From the IMG/VR virus record IMGVR_UViG_3300009151_000043, positions 1-64,000 of that record: DNA of 64,000 bases; one strand, 5' to 3'. The notes under the pieces are model-generated. The model was not told the origin of the DNA and made no database searches. It was given only the letters and a program-made list of their open reading frames with translations. Position 1 is the first letter of the stretch, and every line of letters begins with the position of its first letter. Both the position numbers and the translations under genes were made by a program. This DNA is from a virus. Below, in pieces: positions 47,101-54,311 of this stretch.

Positions 47101-50100
47101 AAGATACACCTACAGTATTAACAGCAGTTAGTGTGACTGCGTAATTTTTTGCTAAACTTTCCGCAGGTACCGTACCTATTATCTCTCCTGTTGCTGTAAT
47201 AGATAACCCGTCTGGCAACCCTTCTGCGTTAAAGTCAGCCGGTGAGTTTAACGCAGCTACCTTAAACAAAGGAGTATCTTGGGTGTAAACTCTGTCCTTC
47301 ACCAGATACAGTACTCTGGAATCATTTATGTTGTTTATGGTTGGTACTCCTGGGCGGTACGCAACTAGAGATATTGCTTTAGAGTCACTTCCTGCAGGGT
47401 TTGTCGCAGTTATAACTACAGGGTAGCTGCGTAGGTTTACTCCGAAAGGCAGCAATACGCCTCCGTACAATTTTCCAGAATATAGGTCGAGAGTAATCCC
47501 GGGTGGTAGGCCAGCAGCATTGTAGCTGTTTCTGGAAAAGTCTGTTAATCCTGGGGCATAATTATCTGTGTCTCCGTAACCTTGTGAGGCTACAACCGTT
47601 AGGCTAGGTTCTGCAAGGGTGGATGCTTCTGACGAGTTGATGTTTAACTCTAACCCGTCTGTCGGATAACTTATAGCTGGAGCAAAATACGCTGTGTAAT
47701 TTAACGTAAAGTTCAAAACAGCAGACTCGCCATAGCTATTGATGGCGCGGATACCTAGACTAACCAGCATGTCTGCTGTTTCAGTTATCTTACCTGTTAT
47801 TTGTCCTGTGGCTGGAGAAAAAGTTAGCCCTCTAGGCAGAGTACCAGTTAGAGCGTACCCTCGTATCGGAGGATTTGTGGTCAGTAAGGAGTACAGTGCG
47901 TATTGCTCAGAAAAAGTTGTGAAGTTATCCACACCAAATAAATTATCTTCGGGAGGGGAGATGAAAGATATTTCAGGAGCATCCTCCGAGGCCACGACTA
48001 GATTAATAGTTTGTGGATTAGTCGCGTTTCCTGCTGGGTTTGTGGCACCAAAGATTAACTGCAGTGTTTGTCCTGCAGAAAAATTCTCTAACGAACCGTA
48101 AAGCTGTCCAGTTTTCTCGTCAAAATGCAGCCCATTAGGTAACCCTCCTGCAACCTCTATGCTATAAGTAAAAGAACTAGCGTCTTCTGGGAAGTCACTG
48201 GACAAGCTATTCATGTTTGTTGCAACCACATCTAGAATAGGATTATCCTGGGTGTAGGTCGCATTACTAACCACCTGTAGCGGAGAACCTAGAGTATACT
48301 TTGAACCTAGCGGAGACGTGATGACAGGTTTCGCTACATAGTCTAGCGTCAGTTGCGCTACGGCGCCAGGTATTGTTCCTCCCTGGCTACACACATACAT
48401 AGAGTAGCGTTTGCTTGTGTCAGGATAAACTCCAAAGGCACTTGCAGTGAAGCTGATGTCGTGCGCTGTGTAGTTCGGTGTGAAAACCAACCAGCTTGGT
48501 ATGTCTCCCTGTAGCTGTGTCGAGGTTATTTGAGAGTCTAACGTTACAGTTTGACTAAAAGCTGCTCCCAGTGTCTCTGTCTGTCTAAATATTAATCCTG
48601 AAGCTATGACGGTGCCGGGGCATTCTGCTGCATCTATATTAAGCAGGTTAAACACATCCCCTATCTGTGTGCTTACCTCTCCCTCAACCAGCAATACAGA
48701 AATGTCTACACTCCCTCCTTTTTCTCCACAACCTATATAATACACACTTTCAATAAAAGCGTACTCTCTGCAGCCGAGGTGTACTAGTGGAGAGTCTACT
48801 TCAGTTATTCCTGAAGTCTTCCTTATCTTGTAGTGCCCCTGATGCGTTAATTTTGTGGGCGAAAACAACGCACGTATATCTACCGTTTGCGGAGAGGGAT
48901 TAAATATAGCTATGACAACAGAAAGGTAAGTAACATACTTGCCCAGAGAGTTGTACGACTCGGAAGTGGTGTACTTTACTTTAAAGTATGGCTGGGTATA
49001 TGCTGCCGCATCCAGATTATAGCCTGAAGCTGCGCAATTCATGTTACTGATTACGCCGGTATCCTCTACCTTAAACCAGAGTGTTCCTTCACTAGCTGTA
49101 GGCGGAATATCCAGCCTTACACGGTTATCATCAAAAACCTCCAGTATGGTATAGCTTCTTATTGTAAGGGGATCGTAGTATATCTTAAGCGTGCGCCCTT
49201 CATGATAATACTTGGTGAATGTGCTTCCACAAACTATGTATCCAGCTGCCGCAGGATCACTGCAGCGAATAAATGGATTTTTTTCCTGGTTGTGTGTTTC
49301 TTCGCAAAAAGCAAGGACATTGAATACTGATGGGTCTTGCTCGTCAGGCTCGCCTCTACCTCTGGTCTCAACGCCGCGTGTAGCGATACTACTTAATTCC
49401 TTAACACCATCAGTCACCCTATTTAAATAATGAGCAAAAGCGTTCATGCTCTCTGGAGGGCATTTTGGGCTGCAAAAATTTTCTATAAATAACGTGTTAC
49501 CTACGAGCACAGGAGCGTCAAGCAGAGGAACTGTAGGATCTGTTGCCTGGTGCGTCAGAACATCGAAGAGAGGCTTGTCTACTCTGTTGGTGCTGAACGA
49601 GCGGTACTTGTAAAGATACCCGCTAGTAATGTTACTGCCGTAGACGGTTGCGTCGTTTGATGTGAGCGTATTGAGTGCATAGCAGCCTGAGGTCTTTAAA
49701 AAAAGCGCTCCACTAGTGTTTGGTGTTACAGTGGCTACACTATAGACATCTGTGATTTTATCTCCTGGCTTGTAACATGGGTCGTAAAGCCCTGCACCTA
49801 TCCCTGGAAAAACATCTAATATCCCGGCCTGTGTGTTAGTTTGATAAAAATCAGTATTGTGGTTAGTTTTAACCGAAGGTACTTCTGGGAAAGAATAATC
49901 TTTAATCACAGAGAGCTCTGGAGAATAGGCCTGGAAAATAAGATGGTCTATCCTTGGCGAAGACATGACGATCGCTGCGGAAGCTAGCTCAGCTTCTCCT
50001 GCTATGTATGTCTGTGTGAAAGGGGGTTTGCTTACTAGTCCTGGGCCAAAAACTATTTTAACACTGAAAAACGGGGTAGAGACTCCGGCAAAGCTTTTAG

Positions 50101-50386
50101 CGAGGTTATTGCGGTGATCTACTAGCTCAGATGCAGCTATGTTTACAGGAATAAAAATTACATCACCTGTCTCAAAATTATTGAACCAGACGTTAAGCTC
50201 TCCCTGACCAGTTTTCTCTATCTTTGATATGTATACGCTGCGTATCTCCGGAGTGATAGATACAAACAGAATATCATAAAACCAATCGTCCTGAATAGGG
50301 TTGGGATTATTGGAGTATATAGCCTTCCACGTTTTAAACGGATACGCGGTCAGACTATTCTGCGTTAAATACTCCAAAGCTAACAT
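38198..50386 (-). CDS. Giant (4062 aa) tail fibre/adhesin-like protein with Ig-like and fibronectin type III repeats
   Basis: N..YP N-terminus. Several LPxGL...TG.I.G putative-Ig repeats. Carboxypeptidase-regulatory-like repeats. About ten FN3 repeats (F.PP..DGG..I..Y.YS...Y.V..RAVN..G). Confidence 0.85.
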   Translation of the reverse strand: MLALEYLTQNSLTAYPFKTWKAIYSNNPNPIQDDWFYDILFVSITPEIRSVYISKIEKTGQGELNVWFNNFETGDVIFIPVNIAASELVDHRNNLAKSFAGVSTPFFSVKIVFGPGLVSKPPFTQTYIAGEAELASAAIVMSSPRIDHLIFQAYSPELSVIKDYSFPEVPSVKTNHNTDFYQTNTQAGILDVFPGIGAGLYDPCYKPGDKITDVYSVATVTPNTSGALFLKTSGCYALNTLTSNDATVYGSNITSGYLYKYRSFSTNRVDKPLFDVLTHQATDPTVPLLDAPVLVGNTLFIENFCSPKCPPESMNAFAHYLNRVTDGVKELSSIATRGVETRGRGEPDEQDPSVFNVLAFCEETHNQEKNPFIRCSDPAAAGYIVCGSTFTKYYHEGRTLKIYYDPLTIRSYTILEVFDDNRVRLDIPPTASEGTLWFKVEDTGVISNMNCAASGYNLDAAAYTQPYFKVKYTTSESYNSLGKYVTYLSVVIAIFNPSPQTVDIRALFSPTKLTHQGHYKIRKTSGITEVDSPLVHLGCREYAFIESVYYIGCGEKGGSVDISVLLVEGEVSTQIGDVFNLLNIDAAECPGTVIASGLIFRQTETLGAAFSQTVTLDSQITSTQLQGDIPSWLVFTPNYTAHDISFTASAFGVYPDTSKRYSMYVCSQGGTIPGAVAQLTLDYVAKPVITSPLGSKYTLGSPLQVVSNATYTQDNPILDVVATNMNSLSSDFPEDASSFTYSIEVAGGLPNGLHFDEKTGQLYGSLENFSAGQTLQLIFGATNPAGNATNPQTINLVVASEDAPEISFISPPEDNLFGVDNFTTFSEQYALYSLLTTNPPIRGYALTGTLPRGLTFSPATGQITGKITETADMLVSLGIRAINSYGESAVLNFTLNYTAYFAPAISYPTDGLELNINSSEASTLAEPSLTVVASQGYGDTDNYAPGLTDFSRNSYNAAGLPPGITLDLYSGKLYGGVLLPFGVNLRSYPVVITATNPAGSDSKAISLVAYRPGVPTINNINDSRVLYLVKDRVYTQDTPLFKVAALNSPADFNAEGLPDGLSITATGEIIGTVPAESLAKNYAVTLTAVNTVGVSSPVNCVVAVPVSILSPEINSTTSFLTTASSSLAIVVCDVEAGDTISFSATALPAGLSLVDNVLSGTGTTLGTYTVKIVATTLHHGYDTLTIIVQVLENVYSLAGQITDQATGFPTAGVTIDVNGSIYKTTTDDQGNFIFNGFGKGVYNLVAHKAGYSITPRFKAVVISNASVAAANFKTEGPLVLASGTIADTDNAPLADIVLTDGKGHTATTDIFGFYSIFVYQHSSVLLTPSSTRYAFTPQNIILTTDTANLTDVNFVGKYSSAPDSPKITSILPYSEKLTVAFTPPASDGGDTIVGYQYSVDGGTAWSETVTDYVDGIDITQSPADLSDLINGVTYKVRLRAVNGVGSGPQSSAVFATPASVPTAPTITSVDSAREKLIVRFIPPTNNGGSSITNYKYSINNGVYVYAGKIDTPIYVSTLADGVTPLASGVTYSIKLKAVNVNGESEPSASVSAAPAGTPSAPLRLTVTPTVSTLTLNFSPPENNNGSPVINYAFSLDDGATYVTLYPPTTTIPIVVSNLTYGTTYVVRVAAINALGRGQESAAVSVGYGSVPQEPTITSITPALSSVAVNFTPPDTEGINAVTNYAYSINDGASYTNVSPPSTASPIVISSGLTRGTAYPIRIRAINSKGAGLASSAVTGGLLAKPTAPTITSVEATPESVSINFTPPANSAAAAITAYKYIIYRFSAYTDTPPLSAEYVLVNSIASPIVVSNLSNGIKYAVKLKAVGAVSDGDESLVATATPVGAPAAPTINYVQGYAQPDGAGGNNYVADTGALDIFFAFLDGDGISSGETNISDVQYAVSIGDATPVYVSSGLHWSASGFPGWHISVTGLNGDTLYNVRLKAANSLHGFGLATAPYTCRTIRPPRDVVMPNLLSAESSLKAYFMLPPGGLALEAPTYYEWAYTTDGTAPTEFLRINSTASPLTLSGLTNGVTYSVVLRAVNPGGRSATSAQLTTKVIGAPTAPYITPTDLANWDWEDFIAPGVSIAPNGSRPMIQLHKPLNDGGGRLIDFEMLLTSTNPYNPPISDDWVSVRNDVVGITSVFEGESINYVNTFIGALLAGNPLMHFRIGTYLYALTIGEQYTIQLKAVNEYGFVSPASESLTFTAKELPGAPSLISILRGIKKVTISFNRDATSRSSPVTGYYYTRNGGDTYTRIISATAPVVLINLAEAVDYPIDIVAECAEGKGKPLALVVRAQDTLPTSLPSVTAEVTGAGTITVTVAPPASHPTGVGVTYKMSINGGAYVAQSTQRTFTVSGLPLGVILLKFRASTAAGDGPATPKAITVEMHAPPQPPVYRVCAEGDHNFDLCIAPNPTDSLIPVLNYYVEVDDWGPRPVKPSAIAANRIRVPDDLLHVDGLFDINYTSDPLWNNTINYSVNVYMTNKYGQSSVGPTLYATPKEPLPGAPTLLLTPLPGALQVDITYNSSDDSAIAFSFEDFNTGWLTEDNIFIEQGYVFLTSLQAGEYTAKHVSFKFPASGSLVAGKTYAIKARATNLSGSGPTATASAAAITANSKPVPPQLSAQTLPISVGSDGIRIPFEPGTIGTALSSGGSSVINYAVKLVNYSSQTFDEYVQTFPASSVIPPAAGGHDKYLDFTAALPPAGSNLQTYCRAENSLNGWGDWTYAFNLNDPKYSRPLPDHGLPLRKFKYVVNPPSTVPIIARCATPAGHGALCLTLSGPGSDGGAGNLAINYKVYRASYAPGTYSNSEYPFSYDGDAHGFGPSAVVADATYSGAPITTRAFIYSVNPAFPVYDNSTQLSESEDYVVTVQLATAGNPTAEYPFIDHTSGRSVISNAVRPYGNLATQFFDTTWWRGSVYQLDGWIDWQNNVWGFIGVVLRLVPPSSAGGNTPALHYYTINGGPPQSLANHASAVSIQTIAKPYGVYITPSDSAPNRFMIPSSYEGSPVTSLSCVIKDNNGEPFYSGNYDIQVFAENTTGSLSSGVKSIMLSVIPAQPTAPTLTYAPGNPGPVNVFDEWKWYGLPGSFVSILTVSWSKVRGATGYTINFPGFDVNITDPNQTVYVLPFDDAGSHGLYNNSKTAGVSIQAYNSVGKSAASPKSPLALRSLAIESYRIIPVAPGKLGVYAYSYKYFSYNEEAALITQISSRSYSIDNGPFLPLTQDSSITLVSNLPTVNKPASVGANPPGAELFKLVGVINLPTSDHTNHKIDLLASGGDFTHTPSFNNVRIPLPPSAPSLSFTNNPAFDSFTNSPAHISIIPGLDNGAKDTGWGVWKKGEVVGKTGYAIGEGEDYSHVIEGYVSLPGSKGALTIDAGCSIQINYITGGTGPSTYVPSLLNTDTYELRYSYTFVYSDYTFSIDTATKTDNSVSPPVTTTYLVRKYADRSDYDYLQPNRLEVDSTLGYAFPSIYKVYTTSSVGNSQAAYIKNPNAIPLCEATIVAVSAGVTSAGSPSFIYHPQGCKMTITVNLHITYYEDTAIWLAVNDPAGTKVKIVNAKAPAGSFTTVVATNLNNYVLPGVYESGEDITLYLFGEISTGVFTKAQLQPETVLSNRSYREVYAASYKAHRTPGILPSKEIRTMYGGQIYNGQITYVGRTITATSAIKLLAPPIPAPPFVRALGLGDDRASIKFQLSRLNMNFFKESPDWDSYNSKYYYRLHFWDKAGTHSVSAEADLSFVPWPAIENYRNEFRSPSSPEWDRNATDNAKKYVVTATAVDSYTIPIANADNYSSISIELRLALATATSYSVGYLSGPTTYGLLTYHSSIASGINLSSPYARYNVPLYTYKIGRYSYMQASRGNMMDPNYTMVLGGCDKYPLDPWCSWGPTKQSVPDHDDHVLSIHNVNSDINKVGIVQLLRRPTNIRCRNEYIWLWNDPASPEFIMVATCDEGPALTKRINIPGPDMSYDKYDYLYGASSLYKLDLPGDRPKFWTWDGAALNQYTPISFVDKTDTENFNDYYSVWGPNTSMTVYGVTASSSLQYYTDFYLSKGLVMGVQNLVGYFSV

Positions 50387-50404
50387 ATTGACCTATTGTA
50401 GCAA

Positions 50405-51292
50405 CTACGCAGGGCATGCGCAATTGGAGTTTATTGTAGATAAATAATTATTTAGCTGGCTGTTGACACTGTTATAATTATCTTTTAAATTTAAAAAGTT
50501 ATTTTCTAGTGAGGTTAATCGCGCTGTCAGGGCCTCCAAGTCGTTGCATCCAGAACAGGGGGTACAGCATGTGTCTTCTAAATTCAATGTGTAGGCTTCT
50601 GTACTTGATACCTGCAAACAACTGATGCCTAGCAAGCCTATGTCTCCAGACGCTGGGTCTGGAACAACACCATTGATACTCTTGACGCAATTCGTCACTG
50701 CACAAATTTTGCTTAAGCCTAGGTTATCTCCAGCATCAAATAAGACATTATCCCCAGCGTAAGAAAATCTTAAGTTGTTCCTGGAGGTGAGTCGCACATT
50801 CCCTGATAGTGTACGTATACCGTGAGCTGAGTCCTCGAAAGCTATACGATCTATTCCTTGCAGCCCTGGAACTATGGTCCTAGGCTCGAATTCTGTGGCT
50901 GCCAGATTAAACTGAAATGTTCCTGCAGGCTGATAGGCTAGATCTTGGAATTTGCCTATGGTGATTTTACCGTTTGTTCCGGTGTAGTTATCTGTAACAC
51001 TCAAATAATAGTCTGAGTCCTCAATATGGTCTGCTTGGGTTATCTCAAAAGTACCTACAGTAACACCGTGGGTATCACTAATCTCTATAGTTAGAGATGT
51101 AATCTTATTAAAGATTTTAGATATAAAAAACCTATCTGTTACGTTTGAGGATGCGCATAGGGTGAAGTCTACTATGAATGTGTCAGGTATACTGAAGTTA
51201 TTGTCGGTGCTTGTGACACTGGCTCCCTCTCTGATCGGATATCTCCGGAGAGCATTCAAAGACAACCAATCTAGACTATCTATCCATGGCAT
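50405..51292 (-). CDS. Tail/baseplate-associated protein, N..YP paralog with C-terminal coiled coil
   Basis: WLSLNALRRYPI...FIVDF; VKSINGVVPD; CCTPCSGC then heptads. Confidence 0.72.
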   Translation of the reverse strand: MPWIDSLDWLSLNALRRYPIREGASVTSTDNNFSIPDTFIVDFTLCASSNVTDRFFISKIFNKITSLTIEISDTHGVTVGTFEITQADHIEDSDYYLSVTDNYTGTNGKITIGKFQDLAYQPAGTFQFNLAATEFEPRTIVPGLQGIDRIAFEDSAHGIRTLSGNVRLTSRNNLRFSYAGDNVLFDAGDNLGLSKICAVTNCVKSINGVVPDPASGDIGLLGISCLQVSSTEAYTLNLEDTCCTPCSGCNDLEALTARLTSLENNFLNLKDNYNSVNSQLNNYLSTINSNCACPA

Positions 51293-51304
51293 ATATTTAT
51301 AGCG

Positions 51305-53707
51305 TTATGTTGTCATTTCCCAATAGGTGGCCAATAAGCCTATATTTCCAGCATAGCTATTATTCAGGTTGGCTGTACCTACGCGCAGTATTTTAAAATT
51401 AACAACGCAGTCTGCACTTATAAACTCTGCAGGTATTGATAGCATTGGGTGAGTTAATTTTATAGCTGTGTACCCAGCGTATGTTGCCCCGGAGGGTTGT
51501 AGCGCAAATTCTACAGGGTTAACTGCCGGGGTACGTTTTGTTAAATCAACCAGGTTATAATTCGTAGGCAGCTCCCCGTTAACGGCAGATACTGCAGAGT
51601 ATTGAAATTGGAATGCTACATTTCTTCGCGCTGTTGCATTATCCAAGGAACTGTCACCAAATAAATGAAATACTATATTCATCTTTTTGTTGTTCGCGTA
51701 ACCTCTAGGTAAAACAATTTTACCTATGATCCCGTAAGGGGTCGCTGAAGGTGCAGGCAGCTTAATGAATGACGTTAATTCTCTAAACTCTAGTCTGGCG
51801 TTGATAGGCTCGATCGAGTCTAGCTGACCTGTTAGTCCCTGAGACAAGTAACCGATTTCCCATACTCCAGGGTTGTCCTGCTGCTCAGTTGCAGAAATGC
51901 CTCCTACCCCCAGAACTTTCGCAACCACAGGAGTGACCACGGCTTTAAATGCACCATCAGGCTTAGAATAGGTTAGCGCAGCTATGGCCCTGTTAGCTGT
52001 ATATGTTGAGGTGAGCTCTGCAGGATACTCAAAAGGTATAGCTGTGTAGCCAGACGCAATGAACTGCGGATCAACATCTACAAAGACATCTCCAGTATGT
52101 CCTGGCGTGTAGGTGGACCCATCTATGTTATAAAATTTTATAAAGTTTGCTGCTCGGTTACTCTGCAGGTTAAGTGCAGACAATGAGCTCACTAACTGCG
52201 TCCTTAACGCTGGATTGAATTTTGCAAAAGAGGCGAATATACGCTTACGACTCCCAGCTGTCGTGGTGGGTTTGATTGTTGTTCTCCAGGAGTCCAATGC
52301 TGCGGGAGAAGCGGGGTCGTGAGGATAGTCTGGTGACCAGGGCTGTTCTCCGTCAGCGTCCGCGTGCCACCATAAGCCATACTCATTGAGTGAGTAGGTA
52401 CCGGTACCGTCGTAAACGTCATTGTATCTAACTAGCGCACCATTGAGATACAGCTGAATGAAGTTTGCCGGCACTGGAGGCAGGTATTTCCTTAGCTCAT
52501 TAGCTTCATCAAGCTCAAAATTTACTCGACGAGCCGCTGCTCCAGGGACAGGTACAAGAGTATAGTCTAGTCCTGTGTCCTCCACCAAGATAGATGGGTT
52601 TGGAATATTATAATAAAATACTGCTCCTGCGGGTGCGGCTACACCTGCGTCAGCAGCCTGTATCCACCCTAGTCTTACAGTATGGTTGTAAACACTCAAT
52701 GTCGCGGTGTCTCCTATGGAAAACGATGTGGACCCTGTAAGGTCCAGCTTGACTAGATTGTCGTCAGCAAGATCTAGATTCAGTATATTTCCAGAAGATA
52801 ACGGGACAGCTGTTCTCAGGCTAAACGCGCTTGCGGCAGACTGTACTGAAAATCTTACATCAGCTAATGTGCCTCCCGTAGTGACTGTAGCTGTGTATGT
52901 GTCTTTATCTATTCTGACGCGAGAATCTGTAGCCGGATGACCAACGTACCTGGTGGTGATGTTAGAGGCTGTTACAGTTTGCGAAGAAGAGACGGGGCTA
53001 GCGTCTCCAGCCAGGTACTTTTGAGACGATATTGTCCAAGTACCGTCAGATAACCTAGGGTAGCCTGCCACACGATCAAGAATATGATAGCGGTAATTTA
53101 TAAAAAACTGCGAGAATTCATCTACGTTAGTGTGTAGCAAAAATTGTCTCTTACTTATAGCGTACCCAACATAAACAGGTATTCCTGAAGGGTCTTTGGT
53201 AATCTTTCCAGGAGACTTATTTGAGAGATAGTACGGACCTACCTCAAAAGTCTCGGCTTGGTTTGCTGAGTTTTTTTGTAGCAGCCCTCGGATCGGGTCG
53301 TCTATGTTTACTGACAGCTCGCATAAGCCTTCAGTATACACGTCTGCTGTCATGGTCTGCGTATATATTCTTTTCAACAACCCGAACGTGTAGTTTGAGT
53401 TGTTTGGTGTGAACATCGAAGATGTGGTGCTGGATGAAAACCCTGTGACACCTCTTGCCAGCCCCACGCCATCTGTGTCGCTTTTAAAATACACCAGATT
53501 TAATTCATCACTAACAAGCGCCTCTTTTGGATGTATGGGCTGGTTGAAGCTGGTCAGGACAGATTTGCCTAAGAGCTCTTCAAATTTCTCATATAGATGC
53601 TGCTCACGTTGAGTCAGCTGCTCGATAGGTACATTAACGGTAGCCTGCTCAACAGTTTCACCATCTCTTATTTTTCTAACCGTAGGTAGCCAAGGAGTGA
53701 TACTCAT
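51305..53707 (-). CDS. Virion structural protein (baseplate/tail-fibre region)
   Basis: 800 aa. IRDGETV...VNVPIEQLTQR N-terminus typical of tail-fibre anchor segments; location in the cluster. Confidence 0.6.
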   Translation of the reverse strand: MSITPWLPTVRKIRDGETVEQATVNVPIEQLTQREQHLYEKFEELLGKSVLTSFNQPIHPKEALVSDELNLVYFKSDTDGVGLARGVTGFSSSTTSSMFTPNNSNYTFGLLKRIYTQTMTADVYTEGLCELSVNIDDPIRGLLQKNSANQAETFEVGPYYLSNKSPGKITKDPSGIPVYVGYAISKRQFLLHTNVDEFSQFFINYRYHILDRVAGYPRLSDGTWTISSQKYLAGDASPVSSSQTVTASNITTRYVGHPATDSRVRIDKDTYTATVTTGGTLADVRFSVQSAASAFSLRTAVPLSSGNILNLDLADDNLVKLDLTGSTSFSIGDTATLSVYNHTVRLGWIQAADAGVAAPAGAVFYYNIPNPSILVEDTGLDYTLVPVPGAAARRVNFELDEANELRKYLPPVPANFIQLYLNGALVRYNDVYDGTGTYSLNEYGLWWHADADGEQPWSPDYPHDPASPAALDSWRTTIKPTTTAGSRKRIFASFAKFNPALRTQLVSSLSALNLQSNRAANFIKFYNIDGSTYTPGHTGDVFVDVDPQFIASGYTAIPFEYPAELTSTYTANRAIAALTYSKPDGAFKAVVTPVVAKVLGVGGISATEQQDNPGVWEIGYLSQGLTGQLDSIEPINARLEFRELTSFIKLPAPSATPYGIIGKIVLPRGYANNKKMNIVFHLFGDSSLDNATARRNVAFQFQYSAVSAVNGELPTNYNLVDLTKRTPAVNPVEFALQPSGATYAGYTAIKLTHPMLSIPAEFISADCVVNFKILRVGTANLNNSYAGNIGLLATYWEMTT

Positions 53708-53711
53708 AACA

Positions 53712-54296
53712 TTATGCGGATGGCACTAAAATTCTAACTCCCCAAGTAATGGTGAAATTATAGTTCGAGTTATACAACACAGGATTAAAGTTAGTTCTAG
53801 AAAACACCGTGTCTTTGCCTGGGTTGGCTAAGTCCGGCACTGAGACCAGCGCTACCTCGTAGATTTGGCTGCTCTCATTGAAATCTGCTCCTCCTGCTTT
53901 GGTGGCTGTGGTGACCATTGTGGAAAAAAGCACCGTGTTCTCGCTGTTCTCGTAGCCTGCAGAATACAGATAGTTGGGATTAAAGGTTAGAGGTTCTCTC
54001 AAATAACCAAAGTCCCCGACGTAATTAATGAATGGCGAGCTGTAGTCTATGTCTATGCTAGGTTTTTGAAAATCTCCTGGCGCATTACAATAACCTATAT
54101 ACATTCCCCAGATTTTAGCTAGTGGGTCGCCTCCCAAGGCTCTGGCGATTATATTTGCTCCTCCTTTGAGGATCATGTTGGGTTTATCTACAAGCAACGT
54201 ACTTTCTCCCGAAATCGAGTCTGTCTTCCATACTTTAATGAAGCCTGATAGTGCCTTGTCTGTTGCTAAAGTTTCTAATGTAGCCATAGAGTACAT
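53712..54296 (-). CDS. Putative baseplate/tail structural protein
   Basis: N.I...G, IYEVAL, VFSRTNF, ITW pattern; context. Confidence 0.55.
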   Translation of the reverse strand: MYSMATLETLATDKALSGFIKVWKTDSISGESTLLVDKPNMILKGGANIIARALGGDPLAKIWGMYIGYCNAPGDFQKPSIDIDYSSPFINYVGDFGYLREPLTFNPNYLYSAGYENSENTVLFSTMVTTATKAGGADFNESSQIYEVALVSVPDLANPGKDTVFSRTNFNPVLYNSNYNFTITWGVRILVPSA

Positions 54297-54311
54297 TATA
54301 TTGATTTTTGA

